DNA of 64,000 nt from a virus (taxonomy: Duplodnaviria > Caudoviricetes). The position numbers and the translations under genes were made by a program. The stretch covers positions 64,001 through 128,000 of the IMG/VR virus record IMGVR_UViG_2595698451_000001; one strand, written 5' to 3'. The notes beneath the pieces were generated by a model that worked only from the letters and a program-made list of their open reading frames with translations, made no database searches and had not been told where the DNA came from. This document shows positions 1 to 11,800 of this stretch, piece by piece; within the stretch, counting starts at the first letter, position 1; each line of letters begins with the position of its first letter.

Positions 1-972
1 GCTCAAAACATGAATGGTGAAGGCTTAATGTTCTCCAAGTCAGGAGCTCAATACGGTTCAAAGGACCTTAACGATTACGATAACCTGATGGTGCGGGATG
101 GTGTTTTGTATTTAAACGCCGCAGGATCAGAGATGAAGTTAGGGAACCACCTACAGATGCAAAACTACGACATTCGTAATGTTAACCATATCACCATTAA
201 TGACCCCGGAGGAAACGAGGGCATTGAGTGGTTAGGCGGCAGTGGATGGAAGATTGTAGAGGCACCGAATAACCTGTCTAATACTGGAGGTCCCTTACAG
301 TTTGCTACAGGGGATACTAGAAAGGCGACTATATCTACAACAGGCAACATCTACATCGCTGGGAATGTATTCAGAGGAGAGTCAGGAGGATACACTTATT
401 TTGCAAGTCAAGCACAGGCTTGCCTCATCAGTGATGCTTCCACAGGTGCTTCAATACGAGTACATGTAGACGGTACAGGAGGTCGTGTATGGTCCAACGA
501 TATTTACAACCGTACGTACAGTGGTTCTGCGAACATGCATGTTACGCCTGACGGTACATTGGGCAGAATAAGCTCATCAGCCAAATACAAAATGGAAATT
601 AAAGAAATAGACACTGAAACACTAGCAGACCGTATACTCAAATTAAAACCTAAGTCTTGGTATGACAAAGCTGTTGTTGAAGCGCTTGTCAATAAGTTAG
701 GTACCTCTATGAGTGATGAGGAATCTGGAGAGGAAATAGAGGGAGACATTCCGTACCTTGAAAGATACTACGGATTTATTGCAGAGGACTTAGTAGAAGA
801 GGGCCTAGAAATGTTCGCTACCTATGGTGAGGCGGATGAGAACGGGAATCGAGAACTAGAGGGTATTGCGTATGACCGCTTGTGGATACTATTAGTCCCT
901 TTAGTGGGTAAGCAGCGAAAACAGATTGAAGAGTTAAAAGCCAGACTAGATCAATTAGAGCAAACCAAATAG
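1..972 (+). CDS. Tail fibre/spike C-terminal part with peptidase S74-like intramolecular chaperone domain (5' end lies outside the window)
   Basis: Frame open from window start; SSAKYKMEIKEI cleavage-type motif, YGFIAEDL, terminal coiled coil. Confidence 0.75.
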   Translation, partial: AQNMNGEGLMFSKSGAQYGSKDLNDYDNLMVRDGVLYLNAAGSEMKLGNHLQMQNYDIRNVNHITINDPGGNEGIEWLGGSGWKIVEAPNNLSNTGGPLQFATGDTRKATISTTGNIYIAGNVFRGESGGYTYFASQAQACLISDASTGASIRVHVDGTGGRVWSNDIYNRTYSGSANMHVTPDGTLGRISSSAKYKMEIKEIDTETLADRILKLKPKSWYDKAVVEALVNKLGTSMSDEESGEEIEGDIPYLERYYGFIAEDLVEEGLEMFATYGEADENGNRELEGIAYDRLWILLVPLVGKQRKQIEELKARLDQLEQTK

Positions 973-985
973 GAGGAATTTTAAA

Positions 986-1195
986 ATGCCAGAAATTAAT
1001 AAAGAAAATGTCGAAAAAGTTGAAAATTCTAGGAACCCTGTAAACTACAACTACGTACTACAAGAGTACCAGCAAACCATCTCCCAACTTACCAGCGAGC
1101 TTGTATACCTTAAAGCAAGGGTGAGAACTCTTGAGGATGAACTGCAAGAAAGTAATGATAGCGAAGAAAAAACAGAACATAGACTAAAGAAATAA
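986..1195 (+). CDS. Small coiled-coil hypothetical protein (tail module)
   Basis: ORF track; AGGAGG RBS. Confidence 0.7.
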   Translation: MPEINKENVEKVENSRNPVNYNYVLQEYQQTISQLTSELVYLKARVRTLEDELQESNDSEEKTEHRLKK

Positions 1196-1208
1196 CGGAA
1201 GGTGACTT

Positions 1209-1823
1209 ATGGATATGCCAATTTTATCATCACTTGAGAAAAAAGTTTTAGAAGTTGGTTACGATGGATTATCTTTGAGCGAAAAGAACGATTACATTCG
1301 ATTAGTAGCTTCTAGAAAGCAAAAATTAGTAAACCAAGTTACAGAGCAGGATTTACTGGACTACCACAAGGAGTTTAAAATTTACGTTTTCCAAGTAACT
1401 TGTGACACGGAGATCGCTAGAGGCTTTACTGCTTCTAACGGTCATACCTACAGAACTAATCGAGAAGATCAAACAAACATGCTCGCAACGAAAATTCAAC
1501 TATCCGAAGACCCTACCATTACTGAGGTGTATTGGTTAACACAAGACGCAGGATACCTCATGCACACTAGAGAAGAGTGGTTGAAGGTTTACAATGAGGC
1601 ATTTGATCATAAGAAGCAATTAGTTTATAAGAACGGTGAGCTTCGTAAAATGATTGAGAATGCAACCACAGACAAGGAACTGGTAGCGATCAAATGGGAA
1701 AATCCGTTCCCTCCTGTTACTACTCCAGCTCCGGTTCCTGAACCGACACCTGAACCAGACCCAGAACCCTCTTCTGGTGAGACTGACAATTCATCCAGCT
1801 CTGAGGGTTCCGTATCTGAGTGA
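1209..1823 (+). CDS. DUF4376-like tail fibre-associated protein with Pro/Ser-rich C-terminus
   Basis: GFT..GHTY..REDQTN...IENATT.ELVAIKW pattern; position. Confidence 0.55.
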   Translation: MDMPILSSLEKKVLEVGYDGLSLSEKNDYIRLVASRKQKLVNQVTEQDLLDYHKEFKIYVFQVTCDTEIARGFTASNGHTYRTNREDQTNMLATKIQLSEDPTITEVYWLTQDAGYLMHTREEWLKVYNEAFDHKKQLVYKNGELRKMIENATTDKELVAIKWENPFPPVTTPAPVPEPTPEPDPEPSSGETDNSSSSEGSVSE

Positions 1824-1867
1824 CTGCGTAAGCTTCTAGGTCTACTGACTTAGATGATTTAAGGGAG

Positions 1868-2359
1868 ATGGTGGTACATATGAAGACAATACAACCCGGA
1901 GATGTTATTTTTTATAGACCTACCGGATTTATAGGATGGGCAATCAGTAAAATCACAAAATCAGAGTATAGTCACGTAGCACTAGTCGTATCGCCGGACC
2001 ACATCATTGAGGCTAATAGGTTTATAAAATCGAGGATTGCTGACTTACACTACACGAAGGGGATACATAGTGTTTATCGGTTAAATAACCTACCTGCGGA
2101 TACTCGACTCAGGATTATAAACAATGCGCTGACTATGCTTGATGTTAGTTATGACTACTCTCAAATATTTGGATTGATGCTCCGCTTAGTATTTGACATA
2201 AAGACAAATGTATTCAACAAAGTTAACAAATACATCTGCTCTGAAATCATTGACAATGCTTTTGTAGCGGCAGGTGTACCGAGAAAAGATAAAGAGAATA
2301 TAGGAGACGTTACACCTCAAGAGCTTCTTGACAAGTATGATCTCCGCAAAGTGATCTAA
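1868..2359 (+). CDS. Permuted papain-like NlpC/P60 (YiiX/YebB-type) amidase
   Basis: PGDVIF, YSHVAL, YDY, YICSE and VTPQ motifs. Confidence 0.8.
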   Translation: MVVHMKTIQPGDVIFYRPTGFIGWAISKITKSEYSHVALVVSPDHIIEANRFIKSRIADLHYTKGIHSVYRLNNLPADTRLRIINNALTMLDVSYDYSQIFGLMLRLVFDIKTNVFNKVNKYICSEIIDNAFVAAGVPRKDKENIGDVTPQELLDKYDLRKVI

Positions 2360-2383
2360 GACAGGTGGATAACCTGTCTTTTC
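2360..2383 (+). terminator. Rho-independent terminator
   Basis: AGACAGGT-loop-ACCTGTCT followed by T run. Confidence 0.65.
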
Positions 2384-2411
2384 TTATATTATTAAAGAGA
2401 GGTGAGATAAC

Positions 2412-3164
2412 ATGCCAATTTCAGACGGTAAGTCTAACTTAAGAAAAATCGCTTTCCAAATTGGTGATACATTTTTCCGGTTCGCTATTAACCCGGAGAA
2501 CATGACAAGACCAAATCCACACAGGACAACAGCTATTAAAACAAAAAGTCGAATTGTAATAGAGGACTTCCAATCAGATATCCCTACGATTACTATATCC
2601 GGTACAACAGGGTTCAATCCTACAGGGCGTGAGGAAGACAGAGGAGTCAAGAAGATCAGAGAACTAGAGCAGTTTATCCGAGACTACTCTAGTATGGGAG
2701 GTAACGGTAGAACATCTGTTGACGATTTTTACTTCCATGACTTTACAAATGATGAGAGCTATGTTGTGCATTTATCTCCTGAAGGGATCACGTTTACACA
2801 AGATGTTAGTTCTCCGCTGCTATACCGCTATGAGATCAAGCTTGTGATTCTGAGACGTGCAAGTGAGCCAGCGGATGAGGACATTGTGGACCCGGAAATT
2901 GGAAATAGGTTCCCATCAATTTCTCCGGGGGATGGAAACCTGTCTCCTGATCTATTTAAGGATGACCCTCTGGAGGCTTATGACCCTTCTTCAGGAAACC
3001 CAGATGTCTATGGTGGAGGTAACAGTGGGGTGTACATCCCTCCACAGGATACGGAGCCGATAAACCCACAAGCTCCATCACCTAGTGCATACGCTTATGG
3101 GATGTCTGGGTTAGGCTACACTATAGGTTACTATGCCCGTTCGATTGGAGGTAAGATGTCATGA
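2412..3164 (+). CDS. Conserved baseplate/virion structural protein
   Basis: FRFAINPENM, TITISGTTG; Herelleviridae synteny; late-promoter-like motif upstream. Confidence 0.65.
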   Translation: MPISDGKSNLRKIAFQIGDTFFRFAINPENMTRPNPHRTTAIKTKSRIVIEDFQSDIPTITISGTTGFNPTGREEDRGVKKIRELEQFIRDYSSMGGNGRTSVDDFYFHDFTNDESYVVHLSPEGITFTQDVSSPLLYRYEIKLVILRRASEPADEDIVDPEIGNRFPSISPGDGNLSPDLFKDDPLEAYDPSSGNPDVYGGGNSGVYIPPQDTEPINPQAPSPSAYAYGMSGLGYTIGYYARSIGGKMS

Positions 3165-3679
3165 GCTACTCAGGAGACTTAATTAGATTCATCTCATCAA
3201 TCCCTGTTTTAAACGATGGGACGATTCCGCTGAATACAATTAATACCAATGAACCTTTTGTCTCAAAACTGTACGACCCTGTGTACTCTCTATCTACTCT
3301 TGCCCGAATCACTCAAGGGTACCTCGCAGATGGTACAATAGAGGGAGACAATAACACTTTAGACTCAGGAACTATTGTAAGTCAAGCACTCAATAGTGAC
3401 CTATCCTCTTACTCTCCAGACGTGTACCTGCTGCTACGGGCTGTCGTACTAGAGTCCTTCTCTTTAATTTACAACATCGAGAAGGTGCCGCAGAACTTAC
3501 AGTATGTAGGGACTAGAGACATACAGAACTGCAAAACAAACTTGAACTATATTGCCGACTACTTTAGTACGGAGTCTAAGTATTACCCGTTCATCGCTAA
3601 CTTGAGAGATATGAATGTATCTTTTGGGTACATCGAGAACCAAATTGATGTCATCATGATTGAAAGGGGTGGAAGATAG
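3161..3679 (+). CDS. Virion structural protein, hypothetical
   Basis: ORF track; overlapping start/stop coupling. Confidence 0.6.
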   Translation: MSYSGDLIRFISSIPVLNDGTIPLNTINTNEPFVSKLYDPVYSLSTLARITQGYLADGTIEGDNNTLDSGTIVSQALNSDLSSYSPDVYLLLRAVVLESFSLIYNIEKVPQNLQYVGTRDIQNCKTNLNYIADYFSTESKYYPFIANLRDMNVSFGYIENQIDVIMIERGGR

Positions 3680-4417
3680 TGAAGTTCGTAAAGCATATTA
3701 TCTCATATGGGGACACCATGCAAAGCATAGCTCAGCAAGAGTTAGGGGATATGACTCAATGGGTTAGTTTAGTCAAATTCAATAACCTAAAGTACCCATA
3801 CATTGTAGACACGGTAGAAGAGAAGATGAAAAAACCCGGACCACTTAGTAACAATCGGGGACACTCTTCTTATTAGGATATCCGATGATGCCCAGTCCAT
3901 CCTTATTAACGAGCTGAAGCGCTCTCCTGAATACGATCAGGAAGAGTTGTATGCTCTTGCCCTTGGGAAGGACTTAGACATTCTGCCATTACCTAGAGGC
4001 ATAGGAGACCCGGGAAGAGACTCAGAAACGTTAGAGATGAAGGGCAACAGTAGGGGAGGCATCGCTACTGTTCGAGGCATTCAAAACCTCAAGCAATCCT
4101 TGTACATAAGGCTTATTACTCCTAAAGGCAGCTACGTAGGTCATCCCAATTACGGGTCTGAACTACACAAGTATTTAGGGATGAAGAACACCGAGGAGAA
4201 TGCTGCTCTAATTGACTTAGAGATCGAGAGAACATTGAGGACCGACAGCCGGGTTAAGAAAGTGACGCTTAATCAGCACATCCTCAAAGGAAACTCTTAC
4301 GCTGTATCCTTCAGCGTCTCAACCCTGTCCTTAGAAGATGCCTTTGAGTTTGTATTATCCGCACAAAACAACGGTCCAGTAGTGTTACTGGATAATTTTA
4401 ATGACGCCATAGGGTGA
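3679..4417 (+). CDS. Baseplate wedge subunit (LysM-like N-terminus plus gp25-like domain), split by an apparent extra A near 3829-3834
   Basis: Removing one A joins MK-NPDHLVTIGDTLLI to the 3947-4417 ORF; HPNYGSELH gp25 motif. Confidence 0.75.
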
Positions 4418-4424
4418 AAGGAGA

Positions 4425-5477
4425 GTGACCATGAAGTTTAAACGTATGTCAGAAATATACTCACGTTTAGTTGACTACACAATTACAAACACAAGAGAGG
4501 TTAATGACTTCTCAGTCGGTAGTGCCATGAGAGCCCTATATGAGGCTATCTCGATTGAGTTAGAGCAGTTCTATATCCTAACAGAGGAGAACATAACTGA
4601 GGCTATTGAGCAGGGTGTATACAGCTCTTTTGGATTCACAAGGAAGAAAGCGATTCGAGCTTACGGTGTAGTACAAATTGCTTTACATAATGCCGCACAG
4701 CAGGACATGATTGTATCCCGAGGCTCCCGGTTCACTTCTAGCGAGTCAGAGTACCCTCAAGTGTACGAGACACTGGTTGATTACTATATCCCTAAAGGGT
4801 CCATCCTAGCTGAAGTCGAAGTTCACTGTTTGTCCCCGGGTTCGACTGGAAACATCCCCGAAAATGTACTGGACGTTATGCAGTCTCCATTAGCAAATGT
4901 TAAGTCTGTTACAAACCCGCAGGCATTCCAAACTGGGCAGGATGAGGAACCGTTAGAGGAGCTTCGTTCCCGCTTCAGATCATTCATTAAAGCATTAAGT
5001 AGAGCAACCGTTCCAGCTATCGAATACGGTGTGCGTACAGTGCCGGAAGTAGCGGGAGTGTACATTGAAGAAGAGACAGGTCGAGTAAACATATATGCTC
5101 ACGACCGAAACGGAAACCTTCCTGACTCTGTTAAGACTAAGATCGAGGAAGTAATGTATGAGTACCGCCCCGCAGGTATTCCGGTCCGTATTTTCCCTGT
5201 GACACGGAAAGCTATTGATGTAGACGTAGTAATTACCTTGACGAACAAAGCAGCCATCACAGACACATTTAAGAAGAAAATCCAAGATGAGATCACCAGA
5301 TACCTGAATAATATGCAGACTTCCCAAAGTCTAGTCCTATTAGACTTATCCAGCATTATCAAATATATAGATCGCCAGTTGATCTATGATGTCACATTCA
5401 AGAACCCTACCGGAAACGTAACCTTGAAAGGTTCTGAGATCATCCGGGCAGGAACAATCAAAGTAACCCTACAATAG
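4425..5477 (+). CDS. Baseplate J-like protein
   Basis: GQDEEPLEELRSRF, RATVPAIEY, YRPAGI motifs. Confidence 0.85.
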   Translation: MTMKFKRMSEIYSRLVDYTITNTREVNDFSVGSAMRALYEAISIELEQFYILTEENITEAIEQGVYSSFGFTRKKAIRAYGVVQIALHNAAQQDMIVSRGSRFTSSESEYPQVYETLVDYYIPKGSILAEVEVHCLSPGSTGNIPENVLDVMQSPLANVKSVTNPQAFQTGQDEEPLEELRSRFRSFIKALSRATVPAIEYGVRTVPEVAGVYIEEETGRVNIYAHDRNGNLPDSVKTKIEEVMYEYRPAGIPVRIFPVTRKAIDVDVVITLTNKAAITDTFKKKIQDEITRYLNNMQTSQSLVLLDLSSIIKYIDRQLIYDVTFKNPTGNVTLKGSEIIRAGTIKVTLQ

Positions 5478-5492
5478 GGAGGAGGAAAATGT

Positions 5493-7023
5493 ATGTCTTT
5501 TTTAAAGCACCTGCTGCCCGGGTGGAAAAGAAACATAGAGAATAAGACCACAGCAAATGGGGCTATTCTCGCAGCTATAGACACAGAGCTTACGAGCACT
5601 GAGATTGACATGATCAATAGTAAGACGCTCATGTCCTTAGACACTGCAACAGGGAAAGTGGCTAGATCAGTATGGCTCCCTGTTCGGTGTGCTGCGTAAA
5701 GATCAGGAAAGCGATGACGACTACAGAAAACGTATCATTAGCTATGTGCTGCTAAAGAGAGGTACCATCCCTGCAATCATTGACGCTCTCAGAGACTACC
5801 TTCAAGACTACAGTTCATACATAGAAATATACGAGCCGTACACGAATGTTTTCATTCTAAACCATTCCAAGCTTAACAGCAAGGACCATTTCCTCGGAGA
5901 ATACTACACTGTAGCGGTAATCGACATCAAGTTTTCCCGTCCCTTCCCGGCAGACATTATGGGCGTTATAAACGAGTTCAAGCCAGCTGGAGTAACTGTA
6001 AGGTTGACGTATCAACCGGGAGCAAATAACCCTGACGCACCTATTATAGACTCTGGTATTGATGACAAAGAAGGATTGTCAAGCATCGAATGGCTCAGAA
6101 TCATGAATGGTATGAACGACCGTATTCGAGGGCATCTAAGTTTAACTGCACGATCCCGTGATGACAACGATAACAGTGGAGTCTTTAGGTTGAATCACAG
6201 TAAACTGAACTCTAATGACCGTCTTGCAGGGGCGTTCTCGGTAGGTAATGCTACTTACAACCTCGCTTCATTCTCTACTGCGGACTTAGTCTTTAATAAC
6301 GATACAAAAATAGCAGACGTACTCAGCGAGACAGAGAGCATGTCTTCAGACTTCTACACTAAGACCGGAGAGATCAACGATCTTTATGCTGCTCAGACAG
6401 TAGATGGCACTTCCAACAGTTATTTGTATTTCACAATGGATGTAGCTACTTATTTTGATGTGAACTACAGCAGCTACCTCCGAGAGGTACAGCCAGACGG
6501 TCTATACAACAAAGACACCTATTTAGCTCTAATAGACTCTCCATATGTCCAGTACCAAATGAACGCTATGTTACCGTCTACAAAAGCAACGCAGTATAGC
6601 CTACAGCTGTTCAACCTCGGTACCTCAACGTGGGATACGGTGGACAGTGGTACATTAAGTGTAGCGTATACGCAAGGGAAAGCGGCTATAGCGGGTATGG
6701 GGGACTATCTATCTGACAACGGTATTCTGTTTACCCGAGTTAGTCTAGAGCCAAATATTGGCACGTTAAGTTATGACGGTGGCACCTTCACCGACACAGA
6801 AGTGACTTCAGTTATAGACGGTGGAGACTTCAGTGCAGTAACTCCGGCAGGAACAGTAGATGGGAACGTAAGTGAACCTTATGAGTTTAGAGCTCGGGTT
6901 CTACGAGTTTGGATTTATGAAAGACGTAGCAGTACGACCGACTATAGCCATGGGGGAAGAAGTTACAGGAAGTGGAACATTAGTCCCTATTCAATAATTA
7001 ACAGAGAGGTGGAGACTTACTAA
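5493..7023 (+). CDS. Baseplate wedge/tail protein with apparent frameshifts near 5655 and 6885
   Basis: Repair gives TATGKWLDQYGSLFGVLRK..ESDDDYRKRI; KPAGV motif; the alternative frame after 6885 gives a more natural end at TAA 6995-6997. Confidence 0.7.
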
Positions 7024-8159
7024 TGGCAGACGTAGAAAAAAGAAAGATAAAACTTCGTAGAGGGCAGGAAGCAGACTTACCAACTCTTGATGAGGGGGAG
7101 CCCGCCCTTACGTTAGATACTAACAAGTTCTTTATCGGAGGTACGACTGGGAACATCCAACTAGCCGATCAAAAAGACTTGGAAACTCTCTCAAGCAGTG
7201 TAGACAGCGTAAAAGAGGACATCAGCACAGCCCAGACCGATATCAGCGGTTTAAAAACAGATGTAACTACTACTAAAGAAGACGTTTCTAAATTACAGAC
7301 AGACGTATCTACAGTCAAGACAGACTTAGACACCGCAGAAGGTAACATCGGGTCTCTTCAAACAGATATGACCGCAGCTAAGGCAGATGTATCCACATTA
7401 AAGACAGACATGACTACAGCAAAGTCGGACATCTCTACTTTGAAGTCTGATGTAGGTAATGCAAAATCAGATGTATCTACTCTAAAGTCGGATATGACTA
7501 CAGCAAAATCAAACATATCTTCTTTGCAGACGGACACCGGGTCTTTACAGACGGACGTAGGTGGTCTTAAAAACCTCATCAGCTCTAGTAACGGGGCAGT
7601 GGATGTGGGGGACGCTGCTATGGATGCCACAATTAAGGGTAAAGAAAAGGTATCAATTGCGGCTCCTGTACTAAATGTATCCTCTAGAGAAACATACCAT
7701 CAAGGGAACTTTTGCAATCATGCAATATTCTCCAGCTCTGAGGCTGTCGCACCTGCTACACTGCCTAAAGATACCTATACTGATCTTACAGCGGTTCTAG
7801 ACACCGTAGATTCCGCATTCCCCGCCGGATCAGCTTCGGCAGCAGCATATACAGTACCGAGAGAAGGTGTTTACTCCTTCAACGTTACGGTTAAAGTAAC
7901 GACAGCGGTAACGGCTACAGCAGGGTACATTCGGTTCGGATTGAAACAAAGTAGAGGAGAGACTGTAACAGACCTTGACATCCAAGATGTACATTACTCT
8001 AATGCTTTCGGTACCCCATTATTAAGTGCAACCTTTATTTATAAATGCGCTGCGGGAGACGTTATCACACCAGAGATAAAACCATTGACTGAGGATATCA
8101 CAGTAGGTGCAGGTTCGAAGTGTAGTATCTACTTCCTCGGAGATAGTATTCAAGCTTAA
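7023..8159 (+). CDS. Tail fibre: Mtd/hyaluronidase-like N-terminal anchor, heptad-repeat stalk, C1q/TNF-like head
   Basis: IKLRRG..LDEGEP..TLDT; 14-aa DVSTLKxDMTTAKS repeats; YTVPREGVYSF. Confidence 0.7.
   Translation: MADVEKRKIKLRRGQEADLPTLDEGEPALTLDTNKFFIGGTTGNIQLADQKDLETLSSSVDSVKEDISTAQTDISGLKTDVTTTKEDVSKLQTDVSTVKTDLDTAEGNIGSLQTDMTAAKADVSTLKTDMTTAKSDISTLKSDVGNAKSDVSTLKSDMTTAKSNISSLQTDTGSLQTDVGGLKNLISSSNGAVDVGDAAMDATIKGKEKVSIAAPVLNVSSRETYHQGNFCNHAIFSSSEAVAPATLPKDTYTDLTAVLDTVDSAFPAGSASAAAYTVPREGVYSFNVTVKVTTAVTATAGYIRFGLKQSRGETVTDLDIQDVHYSNAFGTPLLSATFIYKCAAGDVITPEIKPLTEDITVGAGSKCSIYFLGDSIQA
7200..7570 (+). repeat. Degenerate 21/42-nt coding repeat (coiled-coil heptads)
   Basis: Repeated DVSTLK / DMTTAK units. 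Confidence 0.7.
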
Positions 8160-8160
8160 A

Positions 8161-8186
8161 GAGCCAGCTCTAATGGCTCTTTTTTG
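8161..8186 (+). terminator. Rho-independent terminator
   Basis: GAGCCA...TGGCTC followed by T run. Confidence 0.7.
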
Positions 8187-8220
8187 TTGTATGGTATAAT
8201 AAGTTTATGGAACTAGATAC

Positions 8221-8230
8221 TGTTATATTA
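8221..8230 (+). promoter_or_regulatory. Putative late promoter TGTTATATTA
   Basis: Matches the late motif known from Twort/K-like phages; variants at 2382, 12511, 36624, 43328, 47411, 53669, 62108. Confidence 0.6.
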
Positions 8231-8278
8231 GTAATAGATACTGTTTACGAATGAGACACGAGAGGGTGAAAATGAATA

Positions 8279-8809
8279 ATGGCTACTTCTACACTTTATT
8301 CCCATATTTATGACGCCATTCAGTTACAGTCAAAATGGGATAATGCATATTTAGTCTTTGGTAAGACATCTCCATGGACAGACGAAGACAACCCCCCGCA
8401 AGAAGACCCTAATGCGGCAGCCATTCAAGAGATTGTTGGTTATAAAAAAGTAAGACAATTCTCACTGGCAAGACCTCTAGAACAAGGGGAGCAGCCTACA
8501 GACACGCCTTATCCGGTTGTGACATACAACCAGCAGCAGTGGGTACTCATCCCTGTAGATAAAGCTTATACGGAAAAGGCTCGATGGGTGTACATAGAAG
8601 CGGAAATACAACCAGACGATTTTGCACTGGGAGAATACAGACAGGTTGGTATTCATGTAGACCTAAAGCCTGCTAATGGAGTAACGAAACAGAGCTTACT
8701 ACCTTCCGAGGTCGCAGACCCGGGAATTTTGCGCTTCTATGAAAATAGAAAGAGACAAACAAGAACATCCAGTGTGTATGCATTAGAACAATTCTTAGTT
8801 AAATTATAA
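8279..8809 (+). CDS. Baseplate structural protein
   Basis: GKTSPWTDEDNPP, YRQVG motifs; synteny. Confidence 0.7.
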   Translation: MATSTLYSHIYDAIQLQSKWDNAYLVFGKTSPWTDEDNPPQEDPNAAAIQEIVGYKKVRQFSLARPLEQGEQPTDTPYPVVTYNQQQWVLIPVDKAYTEKARWVYIEAEIQPDDFALGEYRQVGIHVDLKPANGVTKQSLLPSEVADPGILRFYENRKRQTRTSSVYALEQFLVKL

Positions 8810-8823
8810 AGGAGTGAAATACT

Positions 8824-11800
8824 TTGGCAGATATCAACTTCGGTGTATCACCGTATAACGATAGATTTAACCCGGATAGTAACAGAACCAAGGTACTTTT
8901 TAGACCTGACCGAGCACTCCAACAAGCTGAGCTAAACGAACTACAGTCTATTGCTGAGTATAACGTTAGACAGTTAGGTGACAGCCTCTTTGAGGATGGA
9001 GCAATGCAAACAGGGATGTCCTTCTCTATCGACTCTGAAGCTAAGACGATCACAGTCGAAGATGGATCAGTATACCTTGCTGGTCGAGTTCGGGTATTCA
9101 AGAAACAAACAATCCCTTTCAACAGCACAGGCAATGAAAAGATCGGTGTAAAACTTGAACAGAAGATCCTCGACTACAACATGGACCCTACTCTTCTTGA
9201 CCAAACTCAAGGAGTGGATAGCTACCTATCTCCGGGTGCAGACCGATTAGAAGAAACTGTTGTTCTCACAAACAATGATGACAGCGCTCCAACTATTTAT
9301 GAGTTCAATGACGGCGCCCTCTTTGTGCAGCCAGATCGTCCAGAGTTCTCTCTGATTAACGACACACTGGCGCAGCGTACATATGAGGAGTCCGGCTCTT
9401 ATCAAGTAGAAGGATTTAAAATGTGGTCTGAAAAGAGTCAGCAAGAAGGTAAAGTAGACCTTCTAGTAGACCGAGGTACTGCTTATGTACTAGGATACCG
9501 GATCAATAAACCCACTGCTACACGTATTCCTGTAGACAAGTCTACTACATTTGCGAACGTAGTGCAAGAGACACACACATACGATACAGCAGTTCGTAAG
9601 TCTAAAATCGGAAGTAGCTCAGTCAAGGATGTAACTCAGGTCATCGCTCGTACACAGAGCCCTGCTGGAGGGGTTACGCTTTCTAAGGGTGCTCAAGATG
9701 GACGGGACGCTCTACCTGCTCAATACACCAGTGTAGACCCGACTACTACAAAAGTTTGGACTACATCTCCAGAGAAATACTATACATATGGTACAGATTA
9801 CAAGATCGTAGAGGAGAATGGCATTCAGTACGTAGACTGGAACACCGGAATGAACGGTACTGAGCCTCCTACTGGTCAATCTTATAACATTTCATTTGAG
9901 TACGACCGAGTGATGCAGCTGAATGTAGACTACAAAGTTACTAAGACTCCGGTAGAAGGTACTGCTGGATGGGATACCTATGTTGACTTTAATGGTATGA
10001 CAGGCATCAAACCTAAAGATGGTGGGCTTATTCGAGTAAGCTACACCTACTATTTAGCTCGTGTAGACCTAATTACTCTTAACAGTAAAGGCGAGTTTGT
10101 AGTAATCCAAGGTCAGCCGGGAAGAGTAGATGCAGCACAAGCACCAGACCACGAGGACCCATTAACTCTTCGTATTGGTACAATCTTTGTGTATCCTAAC
10201 TCTGACCTTGCTGAGACGACTAATGATGGTATTATCCGGTTACGCATGGAAGACCTCCAGAAAATGAAGTCTCGTCTAGAAAACGTGGAGTACAACCAAG
10301 CGCTACTTGCTCTTGAGAACAACTCAATCGTAACTGAAGACCCTCTTGTCTTACGTGGAGTATTCGCAGACGGGTTCGTAGACTTTGACCGTATGGACCT
10401 CAACCAGTCATCTGTCGCAGTAAGCTTCGATGATGCGAGTATCACGCTAATGGTTAACGCACCTTCTGATCAGCAGAAGGCTCCTGAGTTTGCTAAAGAT
10501 AAATCTCTGGCTGCTCTGTGGGGTCGTATCATCACGGCACCTTATACAGAGACCAAAGAAATCTCACAACCTTTGGCTACAGAAGCGATGAACGTTAACC
10601 CGTATGCGGTGTACAACAAGCTAGGTACCTTAAAGCTCACACCATCTGCGGACAACTGGATTGAAGAGAAAAAAGTAACAGTCAACAAAGAAACCACTAA
10701 GACAGTTCGTATGGACAGATGGTGGAGACATAACCGGACTACGACTAAGCACAAGGACCTACAGTACCTAGTTGACAACTTAGACCTAGACGGAAACCAG
10801 CAGTGGGACATGGGTCTTAACTTAGCACAGGATAAGCTCGTAGGACGTACTGGTACCCTCACAGACGTAGCTACTACTGTTCGTGAGTCAGCTATTGAGT
10901 ATATCCGTTCAAGAGAGATTTCCTTCACAGCTGAGAACTTGCAGCCAATGTCCAACAACTTGTACCTGACATTCGATGGTCTACGAGTGAACATCACTCC
11001 AACCGGATCAACTGTAAAAGGTTCTGATACGGGAACGATCATGTCAGATGCAAACGGTAAAGCTTCAGGTAAGTTTACAATCCCAGAAGGGGTACGTACG
11101 GGAGTCCGTGAAGTTGTCCTACAGAACGACAACAACAGCGCTATTACTACATACGTTGCTCAAGGTACTCTTAAAACAACTGAAGAAGTTGTTACACGTA
11201 CCCGGGTTACGGTTAACCTATACGACCCGCTCGCTCAGTCCTTCGCCTTCCCGCAAGACCGAGTAGTAACTAGTTTCGACTTGTACTTCGCTTCCAAGTC
11301 TAGCTCAGAAAATGTTATTGTTCAGGTCCGTGGGCTTTCTGAAGGTGGGTTCCCTAACCAGACTGTTTATGCAGAGCGCATCCTGACTCCAGCGCAGATC
11401 GTAACGTCTAATGACGGTTCTAAGCCTACGAAGGTAGCCCTTGACGATCCGTTGATGTGTAAAGGCGGTCAGAGCTACTGTGTTGTTATTATCACAGACA
11501 GCAATGACTACACAATGTGGGTAGCTACTCTTGGACAGAACCGTATCGACAACCCGTCTACGAAGGTTGTATCTCAACCATACGTTAACGGTGTACTCTT
11601 CAGTTCATCCAACGCTCGTACTTGGACAGTTCACCAAGGTTCAGACCTTAAGTTTAGCGTATACACAGCGCAGTTCCAAGAGAACGCAGTTGTTGAGTTC
11701 AACACAATTTCAGACTTAGATTCTGACATGATCCTGCTTATGGCTTCATACTTGACTCCGAATAACACTGGATGTTTATGGGAAGTAAAAGTAGTTCCTA